From NCBI GenBank assembly GCA_964466295.1, contig CAYXRC010000003.1:407-64406 (forward strand): 64,000 bases of DNA. Reading direction: 5' to 3'. This stretch comes from an uncultured Ruminococcus sp. GTDB lineage: Bacteria; Bacillota; Clostridia; CAKSNL01; HGM11501. The position numbers and the translations under genes are program-made. This document shows positions 15,933 through 25,525 of this stretch, piece after piece. Numbering within the stretch: position 1 is the stretch's first letter; each line of letters begins with the position of its first letter. Under the pieces are notes generated by a model. That model was not told where the DNA came from. It made no database searches and saw nothing but the letters and a program-made list of their open reading frames with translations.

Positions 15933-18635
15933 ATGAAAAGCTTAGTCAAAACAGATAGTTTACCCGAAAAGCCTTATAAGCCTCTTGCTGATTTTGCTCG
16001 CAAGGTATCAGCGGAGGGTTGTGTCTTGCTTAAAAATCAGGGCGGCTTACTTCCCCTTCATAAAAAAGATACAATTTCTCTTTTTGGCAGAAGTCAGATA
16101 AATTATTATAAAAGCGGAATTGGCTCAGGCGGACTTGTAAGAGTGGATTATGTGGTTAACATTCTTGAGGGCATCAGAAAAAATAACAAGCTCTCTCTTA
16201 ACGAGGACCTTGTTGACGTATATGAAAAATGGATTGAGAAAAATCCTTTTGAGTACGGTCAGGACTGGGCACAGGTGCCTTGGTGTCAGACGGAAATGGT
16301 ACCTGACGAGAAAACGGTCATTTCTGCAAGAGAAAAATCGGAGGTTGCTGTTATAGTTATTGGCAGAACTGCAGGTGAAAACAGAGATAATAGTGCAAAT
16401 AAAGGAAGCTGGTTCCTCACCGATGAGGAAGAAGCTATGATTGCTATTGTGTCAAAGCACTTTGATAAGACAATTGCTCTTCTTAACGTAGGAAATATCA
16501 TTGATATGGAGTGGGTTGAGAAGTATAATATTAAGTCTGTTATGTATGTGTGGCAGGGCGGACAGGAAGGAGGAAATGCGGTAGCGGATTTGCTTTGTGG
16601 CGATGTTACGCCATGCGGTAAGTTGACAGATACTATAGCTCCTATATCAGATTATCCAGGGATAGAAAACTTCGGCAATGAGGATTTTAATATCTATAGC
16701 GAGGATATATATGTTGGTTACAGATATTTTGAAACTTTTGCAAAGGAAAAGGTTCTTTATCCCTTTGGATTTGGTCTTTCCTATACTAAGTTTAAGTATG
16801 AACTTATAAATGTTTGTGAGAAAAACGGCGTTATAAGTATAGATGTTGAAATCAGCAATATAGGGAATTATAAAGGACGTGAAATTGTTCAGGTATATTA
16901 TGAAGCCCCTCAGGGTCTTTTGGGAAAGCCTGCAAGACAACTTTGTTCATTTGGAAAAACGAAGGAACTTATGGCAGGAGAAAGTCAGCTGCTTCATATG
17001 GAAATACCGGTAAGTGAAATGAGTTCCTACGACAATAGTGGCGTAACAGAAAATAAGTCATGCTATGTTTTAGAGGCTGGGGAATATAATATCTATTTAG
17101 GTGCTTGTGTAAGATGTGCAGAGAAAATATTTACATACAATGTAGATAAAACAATTGTTACAAGAAGATGCACAGAGGCACTTGCCCCTGTTAAGGATTT
17201 TAAAATTATGCACCCTGTTGTAAAAGATGGAAAATTAGAACTTACATACAAGCCTGTTACTAAAAGAACGGTTGATTACTGCAAGAGAATAAAGGAATGT
17301 ATTCCCGAAGAAATTGAAAATACAGGAGATAAAGGGATAAAGTTAATTGATGTAAAAGAGAAGAAAAATACAATGGAAGAGTTTGTTGCACAGCTTTCAG
17401 ATACAGACCTTATGTGCCTTGCAAAAGGAGAGGGAATGTGTTCTCCAAAAGTTCGTGCAGGAAGTGCAGGTGCAATAGGCGGTGTAACAGAGAGCCTTGC
17501 AAGGTTTGGTATTCCTATTATAGCTCTTCATGACGGACCTTCAGGAATAAGATTAGATAGCGGTGAGCATGCTACAAGTCTTCCTAACGGTACAGCTATT
17601 GCATGTACCTGGGACACTGAGCTTGCGGAGGAACTTTATTCATTGCTCAGCGTTGAACTCTCAATATATAAAATCGACTCCATATTAGGGCCGGGAATAA
17701 ACATTCATAGAGTACCCCTTAACGGAAGGAACTTTGAATATCTTTCAGAAGACCCATATCTTACAGGCAAGGTCGGTGCAGCCCTTGTAAGAGGTGTTGC
17801 TGCATACGGAAATTCTGCCACGGTTAAACACTTTGCGGCTAATTCACAGGAGTTCCGCAGAAGTAATGTAGATTCAGTAATGAGTGAACGTGCAGCAAGA
17901 GAAATTTATCTGAAAGGGTTTGAGATTGCAGTTAAAGAAGGACTTGCAACATCAATTATGACATCGTATAATCCTATAAACGGTATATGGAGCGCAAACA
18001 ACTATGACTTAAATACCATTATACTTCGAGATGAGTGGGGTTATAGTGGGTTTGTTATGACAGATTGGTGGCCTACTATGTCGAAAGAAAATACGGAATA
18101 CAAAAACCTTAAGAATATGGTTGAAGCACAGAATGATGTTTATATGGTTACTCCTGACGCCCTGAATCATAAAGACAACCTTGAAGATGCTCTTAAAAAC
18201 GGAGAGATAACAAGAAGTCAGCTTCAGAGAAATGCTATAAACGTGCTTAATTATATTGCAAATTCCCATGCCCTTGAAAGGTTTGTGAAGTTTGGTGGTA
18301 AGCTTTATAAATCTCTTGCCGACAATATAGATGAATTAACAAAGATAGGAGAAATTGATAACCCGGATAGCGATAATGATTATGTTGTTCATACAGAACA
18401 TCCGGGAAATCATCTGTTTGTCATTGAGTATTTATCCGATGAGCCGGTTACTTCTCAAATGACAATAAGTATAAAGCTTAACTCATACAGCGCTGCAGCA
18501 ATAACGGTCAACGGTACAAATGGTGAAAAAAAGCTTATATACAGAGATATTTCCGCAGTAACTAAGGATTTTAATGTTTTAGCTTCATATCCAAAGGATT
18601 TACTTAAAATTACAAAGATAGAAGTTTATATTTAA
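15933..18635 (+). CDS. Glycoside hydrolase family 3 (beta-glucosidase/xylosidase-like) with permuted domain order
   Basis: 900 aa. A GH3 C-terminal-type domain (LLKNQGGLLPL...VIGR...) and an Fn3-like domain come first. The GH3 catalytic N-type domain (HDGPSGIR...KHFAANSQE...GFVMTDWW) comes last. Confidence 0.9.
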   Translation: MKSLVKTDSLPEKPYKPLADFARKVSAEGCVLLKNQGGLLPLHKKDTISLFGRSQINYYKSGIGSGGLVRVDYVVNILEGIRKNNKLSLNEDLVDVYEKWIEKNPFEYGQDWAQVPWCQTEMVPDEKTVISAREKSEVAVIVIGRTAGENRDNSANKGSWFLTDEEEAMIAIVSKHFDKTIALLNVGNIIDMEWVEKYNIKSVMYVWQGGQEGGNAVADLLCGDVTPCGKLTDTIAPISDYPGIENFGNEDFNIYSEDIYVGYRYFETFAKEKVLYPFGFGLSYTKFKYELINVCEKNGVISIDVEISNIGNYKGREIVQVYYEAPQGLLGKPARQLCSFGKTKELMAGESQLLHMEIPVSEMSSYDNSGVTENKSCYVLEAGEYNIYLGACVRCAEKIFTYNVDKTIVTRRCTEALAPVKDFKIMHPVVKDGKLELTYKPVTKRTVDYCKRIKECIPEEIENTGDKGIKLIDVKEKKNTMEEFVAQLSDTDLMCLAKGEGMCSPKVRAGSAGAIGGVTESLARFGIPIIALHDGPSGIRLDSGEHATSLPNGTAIACTWDTELAEELYSLLSVELSIYKIDSILGPGINIHRVPLNGRNFEYLSEDPYLTGKVGAALVRGVAAYGNSATVKHFAANSQEFRRSNVDSVMSERAAREIYLKGFEIAVKEGLATSIMTSYNPINGIWSANNYDLNTIILRDEWGYSGFVMTDWWPTMSKENTEYKNLKNMVEAQNDVYMVTPDALNHKDNLEDALKNGEITRSQLQRNAINVLNYIANSHALERFVKFGGKLYKSLADNIDELTKIGEIDNPDSDNDYVVHTEHPGNHLFVIEYLSDEPVTSQMTISIKLNSYSAAAITVNGTNGEKKLIYRDISAVTKDFNVLASYPKDLLKITKIEVYI

Positions 18636-18679
18636 AAATAAAAGCCTGCCCCGGCACGAAACTTGCCAAGGCAGGCTTT
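18627..18679. terminator. 53-nt repeat copy B; bidirectional terminator between GH3 and the ZIP gene
   Basis: Same stem as copy A, followed by T6. The A-run on the other side serves the convergent - strand operon. Confidence 0.85.
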
Positions 18680-18703
18680 TTTATTTAACTCCCAATGCGA
18701 AAG

Positions 18704-19480
18704 TTATCCCAGTGCTACGTCCAAAATCATCATAAGACCAAAGCCCAGGGCGAAAAGGAGCGTGCCAATATTTGAATGACTTCCCTTTGACATTTCAGGC
18801 ACCAATTCCTCCACTACCACATATATCATTGCGCCGGCAGCAAAGCTTAAAAGATACGGAAGTGCAGGCACAATAAAGCCCGACGCCAAAATCGTTAAAA
18901 ACGCACCTGCCGGCTCGACTATCCCTGATAAAACTCCGCCCAAAAAAGCCTTTGATTTTTTTACTCCCTGCGCCGTAAGGGGCATGGAAATAATCGCCCC
19001 TTCCGGAAAGTTTTGAATTGCAATTCCGATTGAAAGAGCCAGCGCCCCGGCGGCGGTAATTTTTACATTTCCCTCAAGAAAGCCGGCGTAAACGACTCCG
19101 ACCGCCATTCCCTCAGGGATATTGTGAAGCGTTACCGCCAAAAGCATCATAGTCGATCTTTGCAGTTTACTTTTAGGACCCTCTGTTTCTCCGCTTCCAA
19201 TATGAAAATGCGGAATTATATGGTCAAGCAAAAGCAAAAAAAGTATACCCGCCCAAAAGCCCAATACCGCAGGCAAAAAGGACCATACGCCCATATATTC
19301 CGCCTGCTCGATGGACGGTATAAGAAGGCTCCAGACAGACGCGGCTACCATTACTCCGCCGGCAAAGCCGGTAAGAGCACGTTCAAGCTTATCATTCAGT
19401 CCCTTTTTCATGAATAATACGCACGACGCTCCCAAGGCCGTACCTAAAAACGGAATCAATATTCCCAGTGCAACACTCAT
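18704..19480 (-). CDS. ZIP-family divalent metal transporter (ZupT-like)
   Basis: 258 aa. HNIPEGMAVG and QNFPEGAI motifs, with a His-rich loop HFHIGSGETEG. Confidence 0.9.
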   Translation of the reverse strand: MSVALGILIPFLGTALGASCVLFMKKGLNDKLERALTGFAGGVMVAASVWSLLIPSIEQAEYMGVWSFLPAVLGFWAGILFLLLLDHIIPHFHIGSGETEGPKSKLQRSTMMLLAVTLHNIPEGMAVGVVYAGFLEGNVKITAAGALALSIGIAIQNFPEGAIISMPLTAQGVKKSKAFLGGVLSGIVEPAGAFLTILASGFIVPALPYLLSFAAGAMIYVVVEELVPEMSKGSHSNIGTLLFALGFGLMMILDVALG

Positions 19481-19500
19481 TTTATCACCTCAAATTAATT

Positions 19501-20349
19501 TTATGCTTTTTTTCCTTCTTTAGAGTCCGCTATGCTCCAAGCAGTTACGGCTCCTACCACCAACAATGTGCCCAAAAGTGCGAACTTGCCCGGCGTTTCC
19601 CCGTCAAACAGCATAACCCATACAGGATTTAAAAGCGGCTCAATCGCACCTATCAGAGAGCAGGCAAAAGGCGAGCATTTGCCAACCGCAAGACAAAAAA
19701 GTACATACGGAATTCCAAGCTGAAATATTCCCAAAACCGTCATAAGAAATAAATCGGATAAAGTTACGGCAGACGGATATATAAAAAACATAATGCATCC
19801 GAAAAGAGCGGTAACAAGATGCCCCAAAAGCATACCGCTCATACGCTCATTTTCCTCCACCCTGGCAAATACCATATACACTACGGCAAGGCTGACTCCG
19901 GCGCATATAGCGACAAAATTGCCCAAGAGCTTTTCCCCCTTAACCGAATCTGCAAAGAAAAGCGCCATACCCAAAAGAGTGACTAACGCCGCCGCCATAT
20001 CCTTAGATTTAATCCTCTCTTTATATATTAAAGCAGTGAAAACCAGTAAAAATATAGGTTCGGTAAACTGAAGCACAATTGCGTTTGCCGCAAAGGTCAA
20101 TTTATTTGCCAGTACAAAGAAGATAAAGGTCAGCGCCGTAAAAATGCTCCCTGTTACGACTTTTTTGTTTACCTTAAACTTTATTTTCCGCACAAGCATA
20201 AAGAGCGCCATACACAAAGCGGCAAAAAGGCTTCTTACTCCGGCTATCACAAAAGGACTACAGGAGGTCATTTTTATAAGTATTCCGCCTATGCTCCAAA
20301 GCACGGCGCACACAATCATCTCTAATGCGCCACGAGTTTTTTCATTCAT
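19501..20349 (-). CDS. EamA/DMT-superfamily transporter
   Basis: 282 aa with about 10 TM spans and a duplicated EamA-like architecture. Confidence 0.8.
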   Translation of the reverse strand: MNEKTRGALEMIVCAVLWSIGGILIKMTSCSPFVIAGVRSLFAALCMALFMLVRKIKFKVNKKVVTGSIFTALTFIFFVLANKLTFAANAIVLQFTEPIFLLVFTALIYKERIKSKDMAAALVTLLGMALFFADSVKGEKLLGNFVAICAGVSLAVVYMVFARVEENERMSGMLLGHLVTALFGCIMFFIYPSAVTLSDLFLMTVLGIFQLGIPYVLFCLAVGKCSPFACSLIGAIEPLLNPVWVMLFDGETPGKFALLGTLLVVGAVTAWSIADSKEGKKA

Positions 20350-21323
20350 TCCTCATTCATTCTTTCCAATTTATATTTTTTGTCATAGTCTTTTAATTTC
20401 ACATTATCGGAAACTATAATGCGTCCGTCGTCGGTTATCAAAAGCATTTCAAAGTCACGGCGCTTGCGGTAAAGCTTTTTTGCTCCTTCCTCACCCGATA
20501 CATAAAAAGCAGTGGACAGCGCATCTGAAAGAAAGCCGTCTTCAGAAATAACCGTAACGCTTGCTATTTTACTTTCTGCAGGATACCCTGATTTAGGGTC
20601 AATAATATGCGAATATTTTTTCCCGTCCTTTTCAAAATATCTTTCGTATCCTCCGGAGGTTGAAAGGCAGACGTTATCGCACAAAATAACCGCCGCCGTT
20701 CCCTCTCCGTCAGGACTTTTTACTGCAACTAAAGCCTTTTTACCGTAAATTAATACTGTTCCTCCGACGCTTATTAAAGCCTGTCTTACCTTATCCCTAT
20801 CAAGGATACTCTTTATCCTGTCGGCGGCATAGCCCTTGGCAACCGCTCCGAAATCTACAGGTATATTTTCATTTTCCAATCTTTCATATCCGCATTTTAA
20901 CAAGGTGCTCTCTATCTCTTGCTTTTCAGGCACTCTTTTGTCATCGGTGGTAAAGCCCCAAAGCTTAAGCACCGGATAAATAGTTATGTCAAAGGCACCT
21001 TCCGTTTCACTGCTTATAAGACATGAACGGTCTATAAGGTCTTTTATTTCCTCGTTTTTTATTCCACTTTCATTATATAATGAAAGCGCACCTATTCCGT
21101 TTACGTTAAGCTCAAAGTCCAGTCTTTCTATTTCTTTTTCTATTTCTTTTTCTATTTCCTCCAACGCCTTTTTTGCGTTGCGGTCTTTTATATTGCACTC
21201 AATAACGGTATCCATGGCGAACATCTTATTTGTTTCCTCTTTTTGACCTAAGAAAACCGCTAAAATGGCCGCAAGGAAAAATATGACGGAAAAAATTAAA
21301 GCCTTATTTTTCATCACGCCCAC
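20346..21323 (-). CDS. apbE: FAD:protein FMN transferase (ApbE family) lipoprotein-like
   Basis: FAMDTV...AFDIT...GAVAKGYAAD...SLGGTV-like...STSGGYERYF...HIIDPKSGYP are typical ApbE motifs. Confidence 0.9.
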   Translation of the reverse strand: MGVMKNKALIFSVIFFLAAILAVFLGQKEETNKMFAMDTVIECNIKDRNAKKALEEIEKEIEKEIERLDFELNVNGIGALSLYNESGIKNEEIKDLIDRSCLISSETEGAFDITIYPVLKLWGFTTDDKRVPEKQEIESTLLKCGYERLENENIPVDFGAVAKGYAADRIKSILDRDKVRQALISVGGTVLIYGKKALVAVKSPDGEGTAAVILCDNVCLSTSGGYERYFEKDGKKYSHIIDPKSGYPAESKIASVTVISEDGFLSDALSTAFYVSGEEGAKKLYRKRRDFEMLLITDDGRIIVSDNVKLKDYDKKYKLERMNEE

Positions 21324-22078
21324 CGCCTTATAAAAGACTCGTAAAGCAGGGCAAAAATTTCACGGACATAGTATGTGGGTGCAAGAAAAGCGATAGTGTC
21401 AGCCGAAACGGCAAAGCTTTCTATGCCTATTCTTTCGGCTATCATATTGGCGCGGTACTCATGAAATCCGTTGGTCACAATTCCGATTTTTTCATAAAGA
21501 CCGTTTTCTTTTATAATTCTGTCCGAAAACACAAGATTTTCGTATGTTGACTCAGACTTATCTTCAATATATATCCTGTCTTTATCTATCCCTTTATTAA
21601 CAAGATAATTATACATACATAAGGCTTCGCTTATCGCCTCGTCTCTTCCCTGTCCCCCGGAAACAACGCATGCGGATTTTGGATTATCCTCCAAATATCC
21701 AAAAGCGGTGTCAAGCCTTTCCTTAAGCATAAGGCTCGGAGCTTCTCCTTTTACCTGACAGCCCAAAACAACAAGGGTGAGATTTTTCTCCTGTGTCTTT
21801 TTGGCTCCGCCGATAACCGTTATGCCAAAGCTTATAAATATAAGCGTAAAAACGACGAAGCACACTGCCGCAAGGGAAAACAGAGCCGCAAACGCCCTGC
21901 TCTTGAAATTCTTTTTAATAAATGCATTTATTTCACCGAATCTATTTATATAAATAATCGAAAGAAGAGCCAAGCTCATTCCGAAAATATTTCCGGCATT
22001 TAAAATTCCTGCTACCGCAAGCGGCGCGGCAAAAACTAAAAATATCAGGCAAAACAAAGCCGTCAAAATTTTTTTCAT
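21314..22078 (-). CDS. YdcF/ElyC/SanA-family (DUF218) membrane-anchored protein
   Basis: N-terminal TM spans followed by LVVLGCQV...SGGQG..EAISEA..M..YL...GI...I..EDKS.ST.EN, the DUF218 pattern. Confidence 0.8.
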   Translation of the reverse strand: MKKILTALFCLIFLVFAAPLAVAGILNAGNIFGMSLALLSIIYINRFGEINAFIKKNFKSRAFAALFSLAAVCFVVFTLIFISFGITVIGGAKKTQEKNLTLVVLGCQVKGEAPSLMLKERLDTAFGYLEDNPKSACVVSGGQGRDEAISEALCMYNYLVNKGIDKDRIYIEDKSESTYENLVFSDRIIKENGLYEKIGIVTNGFHEYRANMIAERIGIESFAVSADTIAFLAPTYYVREIFALLYESFIRRWA

Positions 22079-22423
22079 TTAAAAGTTTGCTCCGTTCCAG
22101 CCCCAGTTATAGCATTCCTCGTATTTTATGTATATTCTGTCGGGCTGTATCGAAAGCTCGCTTTCATAAATTTCGGTTATCCTTTTTGTCAGGGCGTCAT
22201 AATCCTCTTTTTTAGCCGAGCCGAAAATTTTAACCTCGATAAACGCCGTATCGGCGCTGTCGGAGCCGGCAAAATACATTTTTATGTTGTCGTTAAACGA
22301 AAGCATTAAGTATCTCTCACTTTTTCCCGGAATAAGCTCTATCGCCTCTCCCAAAAGTGATTTTAATTTTTCTCTTTTTTCCTCTGTTATGGTTTTTGTT
22401 GTAACTGTTCCTATATAAGGCAT
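22079..22423 (-). CDS. Tautomerase-superfamily (MIF/PptA-like) protein with N-terminal Pro-1
   Basis: 114 aa starting MP(Y)I, with a beta-alpha-beta-like pattern. First gene of a 5-gene overlapping operon. Confidence 0.55.
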   Translation of the reverse strand: MPYIGTVTTKTITEEKREKLKSLLGEAIELIPGKSERYLMLSFNDNIKMYFAGSDSADTAFIEVKIFGSAKKEDYDALTKRITEIYESELSIQPDRIYIKYEECYNWGWNGANF

Positions 22424-22473
22424 TTATTATCTACTCCTTTTTAATTTATATTTTTAGGGCTTGAGTTAAGTAA

Positions 22474-22642
22474 GGGGAAAACAATGAATAATAGAACCTG
22501 CTATTTTATACCTTAAAAATTCACTTTTTTCCTTAAACATTTACATTAGAATATGCAGGAATACTGGATTTTCTCGCACCCGATAGTATATGTAAATATT
22601 ATAAATCGGCAAACTAATGTTTTAAATTGTATGGACTTGACA
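22474..22642. repeat. Island intergenic module, copy 1
   Basis: ...AACAATGAATAATAGAACC...GAATACTGGATTTTCTCGCACCCGATAGTATATGTAAATATTATAAATCGGCAAACTAATGTTTTAAATTGTATGGACTTGACA is near-identical to 27434-27520 and similar to 25380-25443. Confidence 0.8.
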
Positions 22643-22676
22643 CGAGCACGACAGAACCGTCCCCTCGTGTCTTCAT

Positions 22677-23405
22677 CTATCCTATAAAGTGGTTTTTATA
22701 ATTAATGAACACTGTTTTAATCTTATGTAATTTATTGATATCATCAAATGGGTATTCTCTTAAACTCTCTAATACAGCATCATTTAATTCTAATGCCATA
22801 TTTTTAACACTGGCGTTTTTTATTAAATCAAAATAACTGTAATTTCTGTCATTAGAACAACTAGCTAATACATAAGGTAAAACCTTAATTAAATAAAAAT
22901 AGTTGGAAGTATCTGCATCCTCAAAATTAAACTTGTCTATATTCCATTCGCACAATGCCACATCATTACAAAATTTGTCCTTGTTCCTTTTTAGTACTCT
23001 GTTAGTCTTCAGTTCAACGATATACTCTATCCAAAACAGAGCAACGCAATATTCTATGTCTATCTCATCATTGTAACAAAAGGAATGAATATTAGGCATT
23101 ATTGTCTGCTCGTTGATATGACAAAGCTCATGATATAATGTACCCACTATTGAATTGAAGTTGTCATTACATTTTAAGACTTCAATATCGAATGTTGATA
23201 GCAAATCATATAATCTTTTTGATAAAAGAATAGTATTAGAATCCACCATTCTTCCATCACTCGATCCTGGTAATGAGTCGACAATTTCAATTTTTTTCAA
23301 GGATGAAAGATTAAAACCTTGTGCAAAAGTTGCAATTACATATTCATAGACATGACTTAAGAATACTTCATAGTTTTTATTGAATTCACAAACAAATACT
23401 GGCAT
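22677..23405 (-). CDS. HExxH-motif protein (putative zinc metallopeptidase-like), partner gene of cassette A
   Basis: 242 aa. The only recognisable motif is GTLYHELCHINEQ (H92-E-L-C-H96). AGGAG SD. Lies 60 nt downstream of zinc-ribbon nuclease 1. AT-rich. Confidence 0.6.
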   Translation of the reverse strand: MPVFVCEFNKNYEVFLSHVYEYVIATFAQGFNLSSLKKIEIVDSLPGSSDGRMVDSNTILLSKRLYDLLSTFDIEVLKCNDNFNSIVGTLYHELCHINEQTIMPNIHSFCYNDEIDIEYCVALFWIEYIVELKTNRVLKRNKDKFCNDVALCEWNIDKFNFEDADTSNYFYLIKVLPYVLASCSNDRNYSYFDLIKNASVKNMALELNDAVLESLREYPFDDINKLHKIKTVFINYKNHFIG

Positions 23406-23465
23406 AGCTGAATTCTCCTAAATCTTTGGATCATATTACCCCGAAGTGGTATTTTGAACAAATTT

Positions 23466-25139
23466 TCATCGGTCCTTTTGCTTTTTATTTTTTCTGCATA
23501 TAGGGCATCCATTGCCTTTATTTCTATTTTTTATTGTTGCTTGCCATTCGTGTCCTTTGCTACACTTCCACCATATTTTTTTGCTACTGTTAGGCATTAC
23601 ATCTTCAGGTGTTAATCCGTTGTTTTTTTCATAGTTCCATTCTTTCGCCAAAGAAGGATTAACAGTTTGCAAGTCATTATAGCCTTTTGAAACTTTTTTA
23701 CCCGAACAATATGGGCATCCACGCCCAGTATTTCTACTTATTATAATTGCTTGCCACTCGTGTCCTTTTGCGCATTTCCACCATACCTTTTTATTGCTAT
23801 TTGCTGCAAAATGTTCTGGTTTCAAATTGCCATTCTTTTCATAATTCCATTCTTTTGCCACTTGAGGGTTAGAAAACAAAAGAGAATTCGCTTTTTCTGT
23901 GTACTCACGCAAATTATCTATAGCAATAGTATCTCTTTCAAGATTGACATCAACACTTGTTCCAACTATTTCACATAATACTTCTTTTAATATTTTTGAC
24001 AAATCTTTTTGATTCTCTTGAACAATATAGTCTATAGAACTCCCATGTAAAGATGGTAACCCTTCTCTTATTCTATATAATTCTATCCCATCTTTTACAC
24101 ACTTTTGATTTTTATCTAAATCTTTTTTTGTTTTATTTTCATGCCAAAAACCACCATCATATTCTATAGCAATCTTTTTAGACGGAATATAAATATCTAA
24201 TTCATAGCCATTTTTTCTATACAAATGCACTGCGTCTAAACCGTATTTTTCAAGATAGTACATAATCGCATATTCGGGAAAAGAAGTGTTACGTTCTGAA
24301 TTACAAATGGGGCATCCGCGTCCATTATTTCTATTGGATATTTTTGCTTGCCATTCATGTCCTTTGTTACATTTCCACCACACAGTTATATTGCTGTTTG
24401 CCATGATATTTTCTGGTTTAAGCTCACCGTTTTTTTCATAATTCCATTCTTTCGCCAAATTCGGATTAACCGTTTTCAAATCATTTTCACCGGTAATCAC
24501 ATATCGTTCTGCACAATATGGGCACCCATTTCCACCATTTCTATTTGCTATCGCTGCTTGCCATTCATGACCTTTTCTACACTTCCACCATACCTTCTTA
24601 TTGCTATTAGGTAATACATCCGCAGGTATTATTCCATTATTCTTCTCATAGTTCCATTCTTTAGCTAAAATCGGATTAACCGTTTGTAAATCGTTATATC
24701 CACGTAAAACTTTTTTGCTTGAACAATACGAACATCCACGTCCTCTATTTCTGTCTGCAATCGTTGCTTGCCACTCATGACCTTTACTGCACTTCCACCA
24801 AACTTTTTTATTACTATTAGGCGCAACATCTGCTGGTGTTAATCCGTTATTTTTTTCAAAATTCCATTCTTTCGCCAAATTCGGATTAACCGTTTGTAAA
24901 TCATTTACGCCTTTAACAGCATATCGCCCAGAACAATAAGGACATCCATTCTCCTTATTTCTATTGTCTATTATTGCTTGCCATTCGTGTCCTTGACTGC
25001 ACTTCCACCATGTTTTTTTATGGCTACCAATAGTTAGTATTTCAGGGTTAAAATTTAATTCATTATTTTTTTCCCAGTTCCATTCAGCCATAAGTTGAAC
25101 ATTATCGCTCACATATCTTTTTTCTTTCTTTTCTGCCAT
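23466..25139 (-). CDS. Multi-zinc-ribbon (DUF4379-like repeats, 4+2) protein with a central Vsr/DUF559-like PD-(D/E)xK nuclease core
   Basis: Six repeats of K(V)WWKCxKGHEWQAxIxxRNxGxGCPYC. Central ELDIYIPSKKIAIEYDGGFWH...LYRIRE. The ATG at 25139 is preferred over the tracked TTG (AAGGAG plus 9 nt). Confidence 0.75.
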   Translation of the reverse strand: MAEKKEKRYVSDNVQLMAEWNWEKNNELNFNPEILTIGSHKKTWWKCSQGHEWQAIIDNRNKENGCPYCSGRYAVKGVNDLQTVNPNLAKEWNFEKNNGLTPADVAPNSNKKVWWKCSKGHEWQATIADRNRGRGCSYCSSKKVLRGYNDLQTVNPILAKEWNYEKNNGIIPADVLPNSNKKVWWKCRKGHEWQAAIANRNGGNGCPYCAERYVITGENDLKTVNPNLAKEWNYEKNGELKPENIMANSNITVWWKCNKGHEWQAKISNRNNGRGCPICNSERNTSFPEYAIMYYLEKYGLDAVHLYRKNGYELDIYIPSKKIAIEYDGGFWHENKTKKDLDKNQKCVKDGIELYRIREGLPSLHGSSIDYIVQENQKDLSKILKEVLCEIVGTSVDVNLERDTIAIDNLREYTEKANSLLFSNPQVAKEWNYEKNGNLKPEHFAANSNKKVWWKCAKGHEWQAIIISRNTGRGCPYCSGKKVSKGYNDLQTVNPSLAKEWNYEKNNGLTPEDVMPNSSKKIWWKCSKGHEWQATIKNRNKGNGCPICRKNKKQKDR

Positions 25140-25210
25140 AATACTCAACTCCTTTTAATTTCATTTTTCAACACTATTTGGCATCATTCTGCATCATTCG
25201 ACAGGATTTT

Positions 25211-25443
25211 TACTCGTGTCAAGACAGGAGAACAGTGAATAATAAGAACCATCACGAAATATAACGAAATCAAAGATTTCTATATTTCTGAGAACCTTGT
25301 TATGCTAAAGCATAATAGGATCTACTAACTTCCCCCTTTTTTTCAACTGATTTTTCCTTTAACAAAATCCATTAAACCCCGCGAGAATACCGGATTTTCT
25401 CGCTCCCGACTATTTATGTAAATATCATAAATCGGCAAACTAC
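25211..25443. repeat. Island intergenic module, copy 2 (with a ~70-nt internal insertion)
   Basis: TACTCGTGTCAAGACAGGAGAACAGTGAATAATAAGAACC ... CGCGAGAATACCGGATTTTCTCGCTCCCGACTATTTATGTAAATATCATAAATCGGCAAACTA. Confidence 0.8.
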
Positions 25444-25525
25444 CATATTTAATTATATTGATTTGCACAAGCAAAAACATAATAGAATAACCTACCATGT
25501 TTGCAAAAAAATACGTTTTTTGAAG

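Noticed and set aside
22639-22671. A TTGACACGAG box on the + strand downstream of the HExxH gene, as a possible antisense promoter.
   Set aside because: No -10 element sits at a suitable spacing. The box forms the 5' arm of an inverted repeat (GACACGAG...CTCGTGTC) 5 nt after the stop codon, which reads better as a 3' hairpin of the - strand transcript.
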